The position numbers were made by a program, and so were the translations under genes. The notes under the pieces were generated by a model. The model saw only the letters and a program-made list of their open reading frames with translations, searched no databases and was not told where the DNA came from. From Bacteroidales bacterium (GTDB taxonomy: Bacteria; Bacteroidota; Bacteroidia; Bacteroidales; CAIWKO01), in assembly GCA_035371225.1 (NCBI GenBank), contig DAOOWO010000002.1, positions 1-43,234 on the forward strand: a DNA stretch of 43,234 nt, in the 5' to 3' direction. Shown here piece by piece: positions 19,507 to 29,637 of the stretch (positions are counted from its first letter, which is position 1; each line of letters begins with the position of its first letter).

Positions 19507-20847
19507 CTAAATTTTCATTAGAAGTTCTTTTTGTTTGTCTTCAAAACCAACTTTCCCTAAAAGGGCAAACATATTGTTTTTATAAGCCTCAACGCCGGGC
19601 TGGTCGAAAGGGTTTACACCCAGCATATACCCACTAATGCCGCAAGCAAATTCAAAGAAGTAGATCAGCTCCCCGATGTTAAATTCGTTCAGCTCAGGCA
19701 GGCTGATGGTGATCACCGGCACCCCGCCGTCATTATGGGCCAGGGCGGTGCCTGTGGCCGCCATTTGATTAACTTCATGGATGCGTTTTCCTGCCAGATA
19801 GTTTAATCCATCGGCGTCATCAGCGGCATTGGGAATGCTAAGTGTTTTGGCAGGTTTTTCCACCAAAAGCATGGTTTCCTGCAAAATACGAAGGCCGTCC
19901 TGTATGTATTGTCCCATAGAATGCAAGTCGGTGCTGAAATGCGCGCCGGCAGGAAAAATCCCTTTATGCTCCTTGCCCTCGCTTTCGCCAAAAAGTTGTT
20001 TCCACCACTCAACGATATAATATAGGGTTGGTTGAAAATTTACCAGCATTTCTATCTTCATCCCTTTGCGGTACAACGCATTGCGGGCGGCAGTATACAG
20101 GCAGGCAGGGTTGGTGTCGAGGGAGGATGTTTTATACAACTCCTGTTGCATGGATGCGGCACCCGATAAGAGTTTGGATATGTCAAAACCTGCCACAGCC
20201 ACGGGTAATAGCCCTACTGGTGTCAATACCGAAAATCTTCCTCCTACATCATCGGGGATAACAAATTCCGGATAACCTTCCTTATCTGCCAATTTTTTCA
20301 AAGCCCCTCTGCTTTTGTCGGTGATAGCCACTATGCGGGTTTTTGCATGTTCTTTACCATATTTATTTTCCAGATGATTTTTCAGGAGTCGGAAAGCTAT
20401 GGCGGGTTCGGTGGTGGTTCCTGATTTTGAAATAACGATAATACTGTAGTCGCGTTTGTTTAGCAGTTGCATCAAATCAAAAAGGTAGTCTTCGCTGATG
20501 TTTTGGCCGGCGTATATAATTTCAGGATTTCCTTTCTGATAATGCTTAAATTGAGCGCTAAGAGCATCTATTATGGCTCGCGCTCCCAGATAGGAGCCGC
20601 CTATGCCAATAACCACCACCAGTTCTGATGTAGCCCTGAAGCGCAAGGCCTCGTCGTTTATTTTTTTTATTAAAGAGGAGTTAAGAGTTTCTTCGGGCAG
20701 GGTGAGCCAGCCCAGAAATTCGTTACCGGCACCATTCTTCTCTGTTAATAACTTGTAGTGTTTGTCAATTTCCGGTTGAAGAGATTTAAGCTGGTCTTCG
20801 CCAGTGAATTTGCTTATCCTGTTAATATTAATTTTTATTGGTGCCAT
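19507..20847 (-). CDS. pgi: Glucose-6-phosphate isomerase
   Basis: 446 aa. SIS-domain motifs ([24 protein letters not shown]) and a C-terminal DQPGVEAYK. Confidence 0.93.
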   Translation of the reverse strand: MAPIKININRISKFTGEDQLKSLQPEIDKHYKLLTEKNGAGNEFLGWLTLPEETLNSSLIKKINDEALRFRATSELVVVIGIGGSYLGARAIIDALSAQFKHYQKGNPEIIYAGQNISEDYLFDLMQLLNKRDYSIIVISKSGTTTEPAIAFRLLKNHLENKYGKEHAKTRIVAITDKSRGALKKLADKEGYPEFVIPDDVGGRFSVLTPVGLLPVAVAGFDISKLLSGAASMQQELYKTSSLDTNPACLYTAARNALYRKGMKIEMLVNFQPTLYYIVEWWKQLFGESEGKEHKGIFPAGAHFSTDLHSMGQYIQDGLRILQETMLLVEKPAKTLSIPNAADDADGLNYLAGKRIHEVNQMAATGTALAHNDGGVPVITISLPELNEFNIGELIYFFEFACGISGYMLGVNPFDQPGVEAYKNNMFALLGKVGFEDKQKELLMKI

Positions 20848-20886
20848 ATTTTTTATAATTTTGGTGTGAAATTAAAAAATTAAAAT

Positions 20887-20916
20887 AAAAAAGAGCGGTT
20901 AGTACCGCTCTTTTTT
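20887..20916. terminator. Orphan terminator-like hairpin between divergent gene starts
   Basis: Perfect 13-bp stem AAAAAAGAGCGGT / ACCGCTCTTTTTT with a TAGT loop. It is symmetric, so it could terminate transcription in either direction. Confidence 0.5.
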
Positions 20917-21027
20917 AGAAACCAATAACCAATTATGAAAATCAAAATCTTTTATAAAACCAAAAAAAGAAAAATGAATACAATTTTTTTGACTTGGTAA
21001 AATTAATACATCCACGGCGCATAGGCT

Positions 21028-21067
21028 GTTAACATAGGTTAATAATCGTTAATAATTGTTAAAAGGC
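21028..21067 (+). repeat. Four phased 10-bp direct repeats starting with GTTAA (candidate response-regulator operator)
   Basis: GTTAACATAG GTTAATAATC GTTAATAATT GTTAAAAGGC. The repeats end 20 nt upstream of the histidine kinase ATG. Confidence 0.4.
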
Positions 21068-21087
21068 AAAATTTATCACTGTAATTA

Positions 21088-22740
21088 ATGAATAAAAAAG
21101 TAATATATATAATAATCATTTTAATGACATTGGCCGTCATTATTTTGTTTTCCATTCAATTCTATTGGATGCAGAATGCTATCGCACTGAAGGAAGCTAA
21201 TTTTTCGAGAAATGTAAAAGATGCCATGTCGAATGTGATTTACAAACTCGAAAAAATGGAAGTGGCCAACAAAATAAGATCAAAAATGTACAAAAACAAG
21301 CAGGGCCAGCAACTGTTGCACACAATTGATTCCATAAACAGTATTTATCAAAAAGAGATTGATGACAACAGCGGCGATACCAGCCGGTCGGACTCGGGGA
21401 ACGTCTCAAAAAATATTTTTAATGTTACCAGCGAGAAGATTAATGTAACTGTTTTGCAGGAGCATACAGGAGAAATCATCAAAACCTATGATACGACCAT
21501 CGTTTCTATTCAAAAGCGACTGGATTCGCCCAATCCCGATGCTTCTGTGTTTTCGGATATCCCTGAGCTTTCTTTTGGCATCGACAGCCTGTTGTCAAAA
21601 GATATCGAACATGTTAAATCAAATATCAATAATTATCTTGATAAAACTGCTCTGGTCAACGACGTTTTTAATGAACTGTTCAATATAAAACATTATGATG
21701 CCATTGAAAATCGTCTGAATTTCATTATGCTCGATTCGCTCATCAGCCACGAACTGCGGGGCAGCGGCATATATGCCGATTATGAGTTTGGGGTATACAG
21801 CCCGGTGCGAAACGTGATGATAATAGAAAAAACCGGCCATTATCACAAAGAATTGCTCGAAGAAGGTTATGCGTTCAATATTTTTCCGCGTGACCTCTTT
21901 ATGACACCGGAATATATCATGGTTTACTTTCCACATAAAAGCCTGTATCTTTATTTACAAAACTGGCCGATGATAATCATTTCATTCCTGCTGATTATTA
22001 TTATCGCGGTTTCTTTTATTTATACCATATGGACTATTTTCAAGCAGAAGAAACTTTCGGAGATGAAGAACGACTTTATCAATAACATGACTCATGAATT
22101 CAAAACGCCGATATCTACAATTTCGCTCACCTGTGAGGCACTGAAAGATAAAGATATTCCCAAAACAGAATCAGGCCTCGATAATTACATCAACATTATC
22201 AGCGAAGAAAATAAAAGACTGGGTTCGATGGCTGAGAAAATATTACAGACGGCCGTAATTGATAAAGGCCAGTTAAATTTGCATAATGAACTTATTGATG
22301 TGCACAGTATTATCGATGATGTAATTAAAAGTATTCAGATTCAGGTGGATGTAAAAAATGGCAGCATCAAAAAGAACTTCAAAGCAAGGAATTATTATAT
22401 CAATGCCGATAAAACACACATCACGAATGTAATTTATAATTTATGTGACAATGCCATTAAATACACTCCTGATAAACCTGCTATCGAAATTTCAACACAT
22501 AACATGCTGAAAGGAATAAGTATTGTGATTTCCGATAATGGAATCGGTATTTCAAAAGCCAACCAAAAAAAGATATTTGAAAAACTCTACAGGGTGTCCA
22601 CAGGTGATGTGCACAATGTGAAAGGTTTTGGTTTGGGCTTGCATTATGTTAAAACTATTGTGGATGCTCATGGCGGCCATGTTGAGGTGGAAAGCGAAAT
22701 TAAAAAAGGTACAAAAATTAAGATATATCTGCCGTTTTAA
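21088..22740 (+). CDS. Membrane sensor histidine kinase
   Basis: Two TM segments bracket an extracytoplasmic domain of about 260 aa. H-box HEFKTPISTI, with G1 DNGIGI and G2 GFGLGL boxes. Confidence 0.9.
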   Translation: MNKKVIYIIIILMTLAVIILFSIQFYWMQNAIALKEANFSRNVKDAMSNVIYKLEKMEVANKIRSKMYKNKQGQQLLHTIDSINSIYQKEIDDNSGDTSRSDSGNVSKNIFNVTSEKINVTVLQEHTGEIIKTYDTTIVSIQKRLDSPNPDASVFSDIPELSFGIDSLLSKDIEHVKSNINNYLDKTALVNDVFNELFNIKHYDAIENRLNFIMLDSLISHELRGSGIYADYEFGVYSPVRNVMIIEKTGHYHKELLEEGYAFNIFPRDLFMTPEYIMVYFPHKSLYLYLQNWPMIIISFLLIIIIAVSFIYTIWTIFKQKKLSEMKNDFINNMTHEFKTPISTISLTCEALKDKDIPKTESGLDNYINIISEENKRLGSMAEKILQTAVIDKGQLNLHNELIDVHSIIDDVIKSIQIQVDVKNGSIKKNFKARNYYINADKTHITNVIYNLCDNAIKYTPDKPAIEISTHNMLKGISIVISDNGIGISKANQKKIFEKLYRVSTGDVHNVKGFGLGLHYVKTIVDAHGGHVEVESEIKKGTKIKIYLPF

Positions 22741-22758
22741 TTCAAAAAATATTCTGTT

Positions 22759-23469
22759 ATGACCATAAAAAATATTAATGTACTTTTGGCTGAAGACGAT
22801 AAGAATTTTGGCGAGATGCTGAAAACGTACCTCAATGCCAAAGGATATACCACCAAATTGTGTGTAAATGGCGAAGAGGCCCTGAACGAATTTCTGGCGC
22901 ATCCTTATGACTTCTGTATTTTTGATGTTATGATGCCTGTTAAAGACGGTTTTACCCTTGCAAAAGACGTACGGAAAAAAGACAAAAAAGTCCCCATATT
23001 GTTTCTGACAGCCCGTTCCTTGTCGGAAGATATTCTGAAAGGGTTCCAGATAGGTGCGGATGACTACATTACAAAACCCTTCAATATGGAGGTGCTGCTT
23101 ATGCGAATAAATGCCATCCTGCGAAGAGCTGCCGGCGGTGTTAAACCGGGTAATAGCGGCAATACTTTCCGTATAGGGGATTATGTCTTTGATCACAACA
23201 GGCAGGTACTGACTATTTCGGGAAAGGAGCAAAAACTAACTTCAAAAGAATCGGAATTGCTAAAACTTTTATGCGAAAATGCTAACGACCTGCTGGATAG
23301 AAGCATTGCACTTAAGGAAATATGGCATGATGACAGCTATTTTAATGCCCGCAGCATGGATGTGTATATCACTAAACTCAGAAAATATCTCAAAGAAGAC
23401 AACAGTATTGAACTTATCAATGTTCATGGCACCGGTTTTAAGCTGGTAGGTCATATCGAAAACATCTGA
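22759..23469 (+). CDS. OmpR/PhoB-type response regulator (receiver plus winged-helix)
   Basis: LLAEDD...FDVMMPVKDGF receiver motifs. The C-terminal winged helix carries MDVYITKLRKYL. It lies 18 nt after the kinase gene. Confidence 0.92.
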   Translation: MTIKNINVLLAEDDKNFGEMLKTYLNAKGYTTKLCVNGEEALNEFLAHPYDFCIFDVMMPVKDGFTLAKDVRKKDKKVPILFLTARSLSEDILKGFQIGADDYITKPFNMEVLLMRINAILRRAAGGVKPGNSGNTFRIGDYVFDHNRQVLTISGKEQKLTSKESELLKLLCENANDLLDRSIALKEIWHDDSYFNARSMDVYITKLRKYLKEDNSIELINVHGTGFKLVGHIENI

Positions 23470-23504
23470 AAATCATTAAATTTTTTCAATTCCCGCAAAA
23501 TGTT

Positions 23505-23512
23505 TACTTTTG
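23505..23512 (+). promoter_or_regulatory. Candidate -7 box (TACTTTTG) for ahcY
   Basis: Exact TAnnTTTG match, 19 nt upstream of the ATG at 23531. Confidence 0.45.
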
Positions 23513-23530
23513 CAGCCTCAAAACATTAAA

Positions 23531-24955
23531 ATGGAAACAATGACAAATACTCAGATCCCTTACAAAGTAGCAGATTTAAAACTCGCCGACTGGGGAAGAA
23601 AAGAAATTGAAATAGCCGAAAAAGAGATGCCGGGACTTATGGCCCTGCGTGAAAAATACGGACAGATCAAACCGCTGAAGGGCGTCAGAATATCCGGCTC
23701 ACTGCACATGACTATACAAACCGCCGTGTTGATTGAGACCTTGGTGGAACTTGGCGCTAATGTGCGTTGGGCCAGTTGCAATATTTTCTCGACACAGGAT
23801 CATGCCGCAGCGGCTATCGCCGAAGCCGGAGTGCCTGTTTTTGCCTGGAAAGGTGAAAGCCTTGAAGAATACTGGTGGTGCACCCTGCAGGCATTGTCGT
23901 TTCCTGGTGGCAAAGGCCCGCAGATGGTGGTAGATGATGGCGGCGACGCTACTTTGCTTATCCATAAAGGATTTCAGGCGGAAAATGATGCCAACGTGTT
24001 GAATGTTAAGGCTTCAAGCCACGAAGAAGAGGTAATTCTTAGCCTGCTCAAAAAAGTTCTCGTCGAAGAACCCGGTAAATGGCACAATTTAGTAAGCGAA
24101 TGGAAAGGCGTGTCAGAAGAAACCACCACCGGCGTTCACCGCTTGTACCAGATGATGGAAAAAGGCGAACTCCTGGTGCCCGCAATCAATGTGAATGATT
24201 CGGTTACCAAATCAAAATTTGATAACCTGTATGGCTGCCGCGAATCACTTGCCGATGGCATCAAACGCGCCACCGATGTTATGATAGCCGGAAAAGTGGT
24301 CGTAGTGCTCGGTTACGGTGATGTGGGCAAAGGATGTGCAAAATCCATGAGGTCATATGGCGCCAGAGTTATTGTTACCGAAATAGATCCTATTTGTGCC
24401 TTACAGGCCGCCATGGAAGGTTTTGAAGTTACCTGCACCGAAGATGCCCTGGCCGAAGGAAATATCTTTGTTACCACCACCGGAAACCGTGATGTGATTA
24501 CCTTGGAACACATGACCAAAATGAACGATCAGGCGATAGTGTGCAACATCGGACATTTTGATAATGAAATCCAGGTGAGCAAACTGGAAAAATTCCCCGG
24601 CGTAAAGAAAATTACAGTTAAACCACAGGTTGATAAGTATATATTCCCCGACGGGAAAGCCATTTTCTTATTGGCAGAAGGCCGCCTGGTAAACCTGGGT
24701 TGCGCTACCGGACATCCCTCATTTGTGATGAGCAACTCTTTTACCAATCAAACGCTTGCACAAATGGACCTTTGGAAAAACAAAGACGTCTATAAAGTAG
24801 GCGTGTACCGCCTGCCCAAATATCTCGACGAAGAAGTAGCCCGACTGCACCTCGAAAAAATTGGCGTGAAACTGACCAAACTTTCTAAAGAACAAGCAGA
24901 TTATATCGGTGTACCCGTGGAAGGCCCTTACAAAGCCGAACACTACAGGTATTAA
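23531..24955 (+). CDS. ahcY: Adenosylhomocysteinase
   Basis: [21 protein letters not shown]-terminus and NAD-binding [17 protein letters not shown]. The ATG at 23531 is preferred over the listed TTG at 23510, which overlaps the promoter box. Confidence 0.95.
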   Translation: METMTNTQIPYKVADLKLADWGRKEIEIAEKEMPGLMALREKYGQIKPLKGVRISGSLHMTIQTAVLIETLVELGANVRWASCNIFSTQDHAAAAIAEAGVPVFAWKGESLEEYWWCTLQALSFPGGKGPQMVVDDGGDATLLIHKGFQAENDANVLNVKASSHEEEVILSLLKKVLVEEPGKWHNLVSEWKGVSEETTTGVHRLYQMMEKGELLVPAINVNDSVTKSKFDNLYGCRESLADGIKRATDVMIAGKVVVVLGYGDVGKGCAKSMRSYGARVIVTEIDPICALQAAMEGFEVTCTEDALAEGNIFVTTTGNRDVITLEHMTKMNDQAIVCNIGHFDNEIQVSKLEKFPGVKKITVKPQVDKYIFPDGKAIFLLAEGRLVNLGCATGHPSFVMSNSFTNQTLAQMDLWKNKDVYKVGVYRLPKYLDEEVARLHLEKIGVKLTKLSKEQADYIGVPVEGPYKAEHYRY

Positions 24956-24970
24956 TCAGGCACAACCAAA

Positions 24971-24997
24971 TTCAATATTTGAGTGTCAAATATTGAA
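24971..24997 (+). terminator. AT-rich hairpin after ahcY (possible terminator)
   Basis: Perfect 11-bp stem TTCAATATTTG / CAAATATTGAA with loop AGTGT. There is no strong T-run after it. Confidence 0.4.
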
Positions 24998-25012
24998 TAT
25001 CAATGTTTTATC

Positions 25013-26767
25013 ATGGCGGAGAAGCTTTATCGGTTTGCTAAGTTTTTATTCTTTGTGGCTTTTGTTTCGCTGGCTTTTTCGTGTGCCAACATCGTTTCGC
25101 CTACAGGCGGTCCTAAGGATATCGCACCTCCGAAGGTAAAAACTACCGAACCTCAAAATTATTCGGCTGGTTTTACAGGGAACAAAATCAGAATAACATT
25201 TAATGAATATGTAGTTCTGGAGGATCAGGCAAACCAAATAGTAGTCTCTCCGCCAACAGGGGAGGAGGTTGAATATAATATCAGCGGCAAATCTATTGTT
25301 ATTGACCTGCCTGAAAAAATCAGCGATTCGGTTACCTATTCCATAAATTTTGGTGAATCTATCAAAGACCTCAATGAAGGGAACCCGCTTCGCAATTACG
25401 AATTTGTTTTCTCGAAAGGTAATACAGTGGATTCATTGAGCATACAGGGCCGGGTGTATGATGCGCTGTTGTGCGATCCCCAAAAAGGTGTTCTCGTGAT
25501 GCTCTATCCAGCCGATGATGATTCGCTGCCCATAAAATCCCAACCTTTGTATGTGGCAAAAACCAATAATGAAGGCATTTTTGTAATCGGTAATATTAAA
25601 AAGCAAAAGTATAAGATATTTGCACTCAGGGATATGAACACCGATATGCTGTTCAACCAACCTGCTGAATCCATTGCCTTTGCCGACAGTATGCTTACGC
25701 CTCAATATATTGTGAAAAATACTGATACGGCTAAAATAAAGGCGGATTCTTCGGCGCTCGCAAAGGATAGCCTCTTGTCAGTTGAGCCAATACGCAACAC
25801 CATCCTTTATCTGTTTACCCAAAAAGACACCAGCCAAAAATTGCTGAAAGCCCGCGCAGACACATATCGTCAATGCAAATTTGTTTTTAAAAGTCCGGTA
25901 AAAGATTTGCAAATTATTGTTACCAACAGGCAACTGCCTGAAAACTGGAGCGTTAATGAGTATTCTGTCGGTCGGGATACCCTTACCTGCTGGCTGAAAG
26001 ATCCGGATATGGATACCCTGAAAATGATTTTTAAAGATAAGGGGATTATTTTTGATACAGCAGAATTAGCCCTGAAGCAAAAACCGTCAGATCAGCAAAT
26101 ATTTAAGAAGCCTTCAGGAAAAGGAGTGGTTGATGATGATTGGAGAAAGAACAAGGTAATGGCCAATGTTTCAGGGGCTGGATCGCTTCCTTATTATATG
26201 CCGGTCAGGTTGCGGTTGTCAAACCCATCCGAAAAAACGGATTTTACAAAAATACGCCTGGCAGAAAAAGTGGATAGCACTTTCAAAGAAATTAATCCTG
26301 ATGCCATTGCGGCAGATACTTCCTCAAAACGTTTGTTTTACATTACTTATAAATGGGTGCCGGAAAAATTATACCGGCTGGAGGTTTTACCCGGGGCTTT
26401 TACTGATATATATGGACTTGCAAATGATTCACTTATGGCGAATTTTTCGGCCAATAGCCCTGAGCATTACGGACGCTTATTATTTACTCTCAAGCTAAAT
26501 GAAAGCGGCATTTCTTATATTGTTCAGTTGCTAAAAGAAGATAAGTCATTCATTGAACAGCATTCCGCGAAAGCAAACGGTCAAATGGTATTTGAGAATT
26601 TGGCCCCGGCTAATTACCGTATTCGCATTATTAAAGATGAAAATAACAACGGCCTGTGGGACGAAGGTGATTATTTCCAAAAACGACAACCGGAACCTGT
26701 GTTTTATTTTCCACAAGTGATAACAATCAGGGCAAATTGGGACACAGAATATGAGTTTGTATTATAG
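25013..26767 (+). CDS. Ig-like (SbsA/Big_5-type) domain lipoprotein
   Basis: The ATG at 25013 gives MAEKLYRFAKFLFFVAFVSLAFSCANIVSPTGGPKDIAPPKV. This lipobox plus SPTGGPKD.APP start is characteristic of Bacteroidota Ig-like lipoproteins. Confidence 0.6.
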   Translation: MAEKLYRFAKFLFFVAFVSLAFSCANIVSPTGGPKDIAPPKVKTTEPQNYSAGFTGNKIRITFNEYVVLEDQANQIVVSPPTGEEVEYNISGKSIVIDLPEKISDSVTYSINFGESIKDLNEGNPLRNYEFVFSKGNTVDSLSIQGRVYDALLCDPQKGVLVMLYPADDDSLPIKSQPLYVAKTNNEGIFVIGNIKKQKYKIFALRDMNTDMLFNQPAESIAFADSMLTPQYIVKNTDTAKIKADSSALAKDSLLSVEPIRNTILYLFTQKDTSQKLLKARADTYRQCKFVFKSPVKDLQIIVTNRQLPENWSVNEYSVGRDTLTCWLKDPDMDTLKMIFKDKGIIFDTAELALKQKPSDQQIFKKPSGKGVVDDDWRKNKVMANVSGAGSLPYYMPVRLRLSNPSEKTDFTKIRLAEKVDSTFKEINPDAIAADTSSKRLFYITYKWVPEKLYRLEVLPGAFTDIYGLANDSLMANFSANSPEHYGRLLFTLKLNESGISYIVQLLKEDKSFIEQHSAKANGQMVFENLAPANYRIRIIKDENNNGLWDEGDYFQKRQPEPVFYFPQVITIRANWDTEYEFVL

Positions 26768-26847
26768 TTTATCGTGTTGGTTTTTAAAAATTTGCTTTTT
26801 GCGGTAAAAAAATATTCACTTTTTTTAACATTATTTCAAAATAGGTA

Positions 26848-26855
26848 TAAATTTG
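26848..26855 (+). promoter_or_regulatory. Candidate -7 box (TAAATTTG) for the methylmalonyl-CoA operon
   Basis: Exact TAnnTTTG match, 18 nt upstream of the ATG at 26873. Confidence 0.5.
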
Positions 26856-26872
26856 CAAAAAAAAATTTTACC

Positions 26873-27286
26873 ATGAAAATTTCACACATTGAGCACATCG
26901 GAATAGCTGTTAAAAACCTTGATGAAAGTATAAAATATTATGAAAACGTCTTGGGTTTCAGATGTTATGCCGTAGAGGAGGTGAAAGAACAAAAAGTAAA
27001 AACAGCTTTTTTTATGGTGGGACAAACCAAAATCGAGCTGTTGGAATCTACTGATCCTGAAGGACCAATAGGAAAGTTCATCGAAAAAAAAGGAGAAGGC
27101 ATACATCATTTGGCCTTTGCCGCGCAGGATCTGGAATCCTCATTAGCCGAAATGGAATCCAAAGGTGTTCAGCTTATAGACAAAACACCCCGCAAAGGAG
27201 CTGAAGGATTACATATTGCTTTTCTGCATCCCAAATCAACCCTGGGCGTATTAACCGAATTATGCGAAGATAAAAGCAAAAAGTAA
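26873..27286 (+). CDS. mce: Methylmalonyl-CoA epimerase (VOC/glyoxalase fold)
   Basis: MKISHIEHIGIAVKNLDESIKYYENVLG ... GEGIHHLAF ... IAFLHPKST. The internal ATG at 26873 is preferred, giving about 137 aa. Confidence 0.85.
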   Translation: MKISHIEHIGIAVKNLDESIKYYENVLGFRCYAVEEVKEQKVKTAFFMVGQTKIELLESTDPEGPIGKFIEKKGEGIHHLAFAAQDLESSLAEMESKGVQLIDKTPRKGAEGLHIAFLHPKSTLGVLTELCEDKSKK

Positions 27287-27342
27287 TCTCAATTAAGCTA
27301 ATAAGTTCTAAACAAAGAAATAGAAATCAATAAATTATAAAT

Positions 27343-28902
27343 ATGGCTTTACAAGATAAAATAAAAGAATTGCTCGACAAAAGGGAGTTGGCAAAACTCG
27401 GCGGTGGGCAGAAACGCATTGATTCCCAGCATAAAAAAGGGAAACTCACTGCCCGTGAACGTATTGAAATGCTTTTAGACGATGGGAGTTTCGAAGAATT
27501 CGATATGTTTGTTACACATCGTTGTAAAAATTTTGGTTTAGAAAAAGAAACCTATATGTCGGATGGTGTTGTTACCGGGTTTGGAACTATTGATGGCCGC
27601 CTGGTGTATGTTTTTGCCCAGGATTTTACGGTTTTTGGCGGGTCACTCTCTGAGACATTTGCTCAAAAAATTTGTAAAGTTATGGATATGGCTATGAAGG
27701 TAGGGGCTCCTGTGATAGGAATCAACGATAGCGGTGGCGCACGTATTCAGGAAGGTGTTACGAGTTTGGCAGGCTATGCCGAGATTTTTCAACGCAACAT
27801 TATGGCTTCGGGTGTTATTCCGCAAATTTCTGCCATTTTTGGCCCTTGTGCCGGCGGTGCAGTTTACTCACCGGCTCTTACGGACTTTATAATGATGACC
27901 AAAAAGAGCAGCTACATGTTTGTAACCGGCCCCAAGGTGGTGAAAACTGTTACCGGCGAAGTGGTTACCGACGAAGAGTTGGGCGGCGCCATGGTACATG
28001 CTTCAAAATCAGGTGTGAATCATTTTGTGGCAGAAGATGAACAGGAAGGCATGCAGTTGATACGCAAACTGTTGAGTTACCTGCCTCAGAATAACCTGGA
28101 AGATCCTCCTTTAGCACCCTGTGAAGACCCTATAGATCGACTCGAAGATTTTCTGAATGATATTGTTCCTGATAATCCCAATAAGCCCTATGATGTAAAG
28201 GATATTATTCATGCCATCGTGGATCAGAATGAATTTTTAGAGGTAATGAGGCATTTTGCACCGAATATTATCATTGGTTTTGCACGTTTCAACGGGATGT
28301 CTGTTGGAGTTGTAGCCAATCAACCCAACTATCTCGCCGGTGTGCTCGATATCAATGCTTCACGTAAAGCTGCACGTTTTGTACGTTTTTGCGATGCGTT
28401 CAATATTCCGTTGGTTACCCTGGTGGATGTTCCGGGATTTTTACCTGGCACCACGCAGGAATATGGCGGTATTATTATTCATGGTGCGAAACTCCTTTAT
28501 GCTTATGGCGAAGCTACCGTACCCAAAGTTACGGTTACTCTTCGTAAATCATACGGTGGCGCACACGATGTGATGAGCTCAAAACAGCTTCGCGGAGATA
28601 TTAATTATGCATGGCCTTCAGCAGAAATTGCCGTGATGGGACCCAAAGGCGCTATTGAGGTGCTGTATCAGAAAGAGTTGAAAGAAATTACCGATGAAGC
28701 CCAAAAAGCTGCTTTCATTGCCCAGAAAGAAAACGAATACAAGGATAAATTTGCCAACCCATACCAGGCAGCAAAATTCGGATATATTGACGATGTAATC
28801 GAACCAAGAAATACGCGGTTCAGAATTATTCGAGCTCTGCAGTCGCTGGCAACCAAAAAAGACCAGAATCCTCCGAAAAAACATTCCAATTTACCACTTT
28901 AA
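27343..28902 (+). CDS. mmdA: Methylmalonyl-CoA carboxyltransferase / decarboxylase alpha subunit (acyl-CoA carboxylase beta family)
   Basis: 519 aa carboxyltransferase fold ([32 protein letters not shown]). The operon context with a biotin carrier and a Na+-pump beta subunit favours Mmd over Pcc. Confidence 0.88.
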   Translation: MALQDKIKELLDKRELAKLGGGQKRIDSQHKKGKLTARERIEMLLDDGSFEEFDMFVTHRCKNFGLEKETYMSDGVVTGFGTIDGRLVYVFAQDFTVFGGSLSETFAQKICKVMDMAMKVGAPVIGINDSGGARIQEGVTSLAGYAEIFQRNIMASGVIPQISAIFGPCAGGAVYSPALTDFIMMTKKSSYMFVTGPKVVKTVTGEVVTDEELGGAMVHASKSGVNHFVAEDEQEGMQLIRKLLSYLPQNNLEDPPLAPCEDPIDRLEDFLNDIVPDNPNKPYDVKDIIHAIVDQNEFLEVMRHFAPNIIIGFARFNGMSVGVVANQPNYLAGVLDINASRKAARFVRFCDAFNIPLVTLVDVPGFLPGTTQEYGGIIIHGAKLLYAYGEATVPKVTVTLRKSYGGAHDVMSSKQLRGDINYAWPSAEIAVMGPKGAIEVLYQKELKEITDEAQKAAFIAQKENEYKDKFANPYQAAKFGYIDDVIEPRNTRFRIIRALQSLATKKDQNPPKKHSNLPL

Positions 28903-28913
28903 TTTGATGGGTC

Positions 28914-29159
28914 ATGGCAGTTTTTAAAAAGAAAAAAACAGAACAACCGGTGGTTGAAGTCGTACCGGAAGAAATCAACCTCGACGAGGTGTCTGCTGTT
29001 ATAGCAATGGCGCTTGATTTGCACCTGAAAGATATACATGATTATGAAAAAACAGTGTTGACAATTCAGAAAGTCATGCGGCCTTATTCTCCCTGGAGTT
29101 CAAAATTTTACGGACTCAGACAAACCCCCTTGCATATTCCCCGTCAAAGATTAAAATAA
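28914..29159 (+). CDS. Small conserved hypothetical protein in the decarboxylase operon (in the position of a delta/OadG-like subunit, but without a clear TM helix)
   Basis: 81-aa ORF tightly spaced between mmdA and mmdC. It contains EVSAVIAMALDLH and SPWSSKFYGLR segments. Confidence 0.5.
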   Translation: MAVFKKKKTEQPVVEVVPEEINLDEVSAVIAMALDLHLKDIHDYEKTVLTIQKVMRPYSPWSSKFYGLRQTPLHIPRQRLK

Positions 29160-29185
29160 TTGTCAATAATCCAAAAAATAAAATT

Positions 29186-29626
29186 ATGGGTAAGTATAAA
29201 TTTAAAATTAATGAAAAACAATACGATGTTGATATATCCAACATCGATGATAATATTGCCGATGTTGTTGTAAACGGCAAATCCTATAAGGTCGAAGTAG
29301 AAAAGTCATTGCAAACTACCAAAACCCCCAAGTTTGTAAGAACAGTGGCCGTACCTTCCACCGACGGGTCACCTCAAACAGCGAAAACCTCTTCGCCCTC
29401 AGCCCCCAAAGGCAGCGGTGTGGTAAAATCCCCTCTGCCGGGTATCATTTTGAATATCTATGTAAATGTTGGAGACTCCGTTTCTATTGGTCAGAAAATT
29501 ATTACTCTGGAAGCCATGAAGATGGAAAACAATATTAACTCCGACAAAGAAGGAAAAGTATCCAGCATCAAGGTAAAGAAAGGTGACTCGGTGATGGAAG
29601 GTGATGTTTTAATTGAAATCGGATAA
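29186..29626 (+). CDS. mmdC: Biotin carboxyl carrier subunit of the decarboxylase
   Basis: C-terminal biotinyl domain with the EAMKMEN biotinylation motif. A Pro/Ala/Ser-rich linker precedes it. Confidence 0.9.
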   Translation: MGKYKFKINEKQYDVDISNIDDNIADVVVNGKSYKVEVEKSLQTTKTPKFVRTVAVPSTDGSPQTAKTSSPSAPKGSGVVKSPLPGIILNIYVNVGDSVSIGQKIITLEAMKMENNINSDKEGKVSSIKVKKGDSVMEGDVLIEIG

Positions 29627-29637
29627 AAAATTTTGAC

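Noticed and set aside
24909-25139. An overlapping 76-aa ORF, and the upstream in-frame start at 24983 for the Ig-like lipoprotein.
   Set aside because: Both overlap the ahcY stop and hairpin region. The ATG at 25013 yields a canonical lipoprotein signal peptide.
29627-29637. A possible yybP-ykoY (Mn) riboswitch ahead of the TerC gene, and a possible SAH riboswitch ahead of ahcY (23470-23530).
   Set aside because: The spacers are only 11 nt and about 60 nt. They are far too short for either riboswitch, and they lack the conserved helices.
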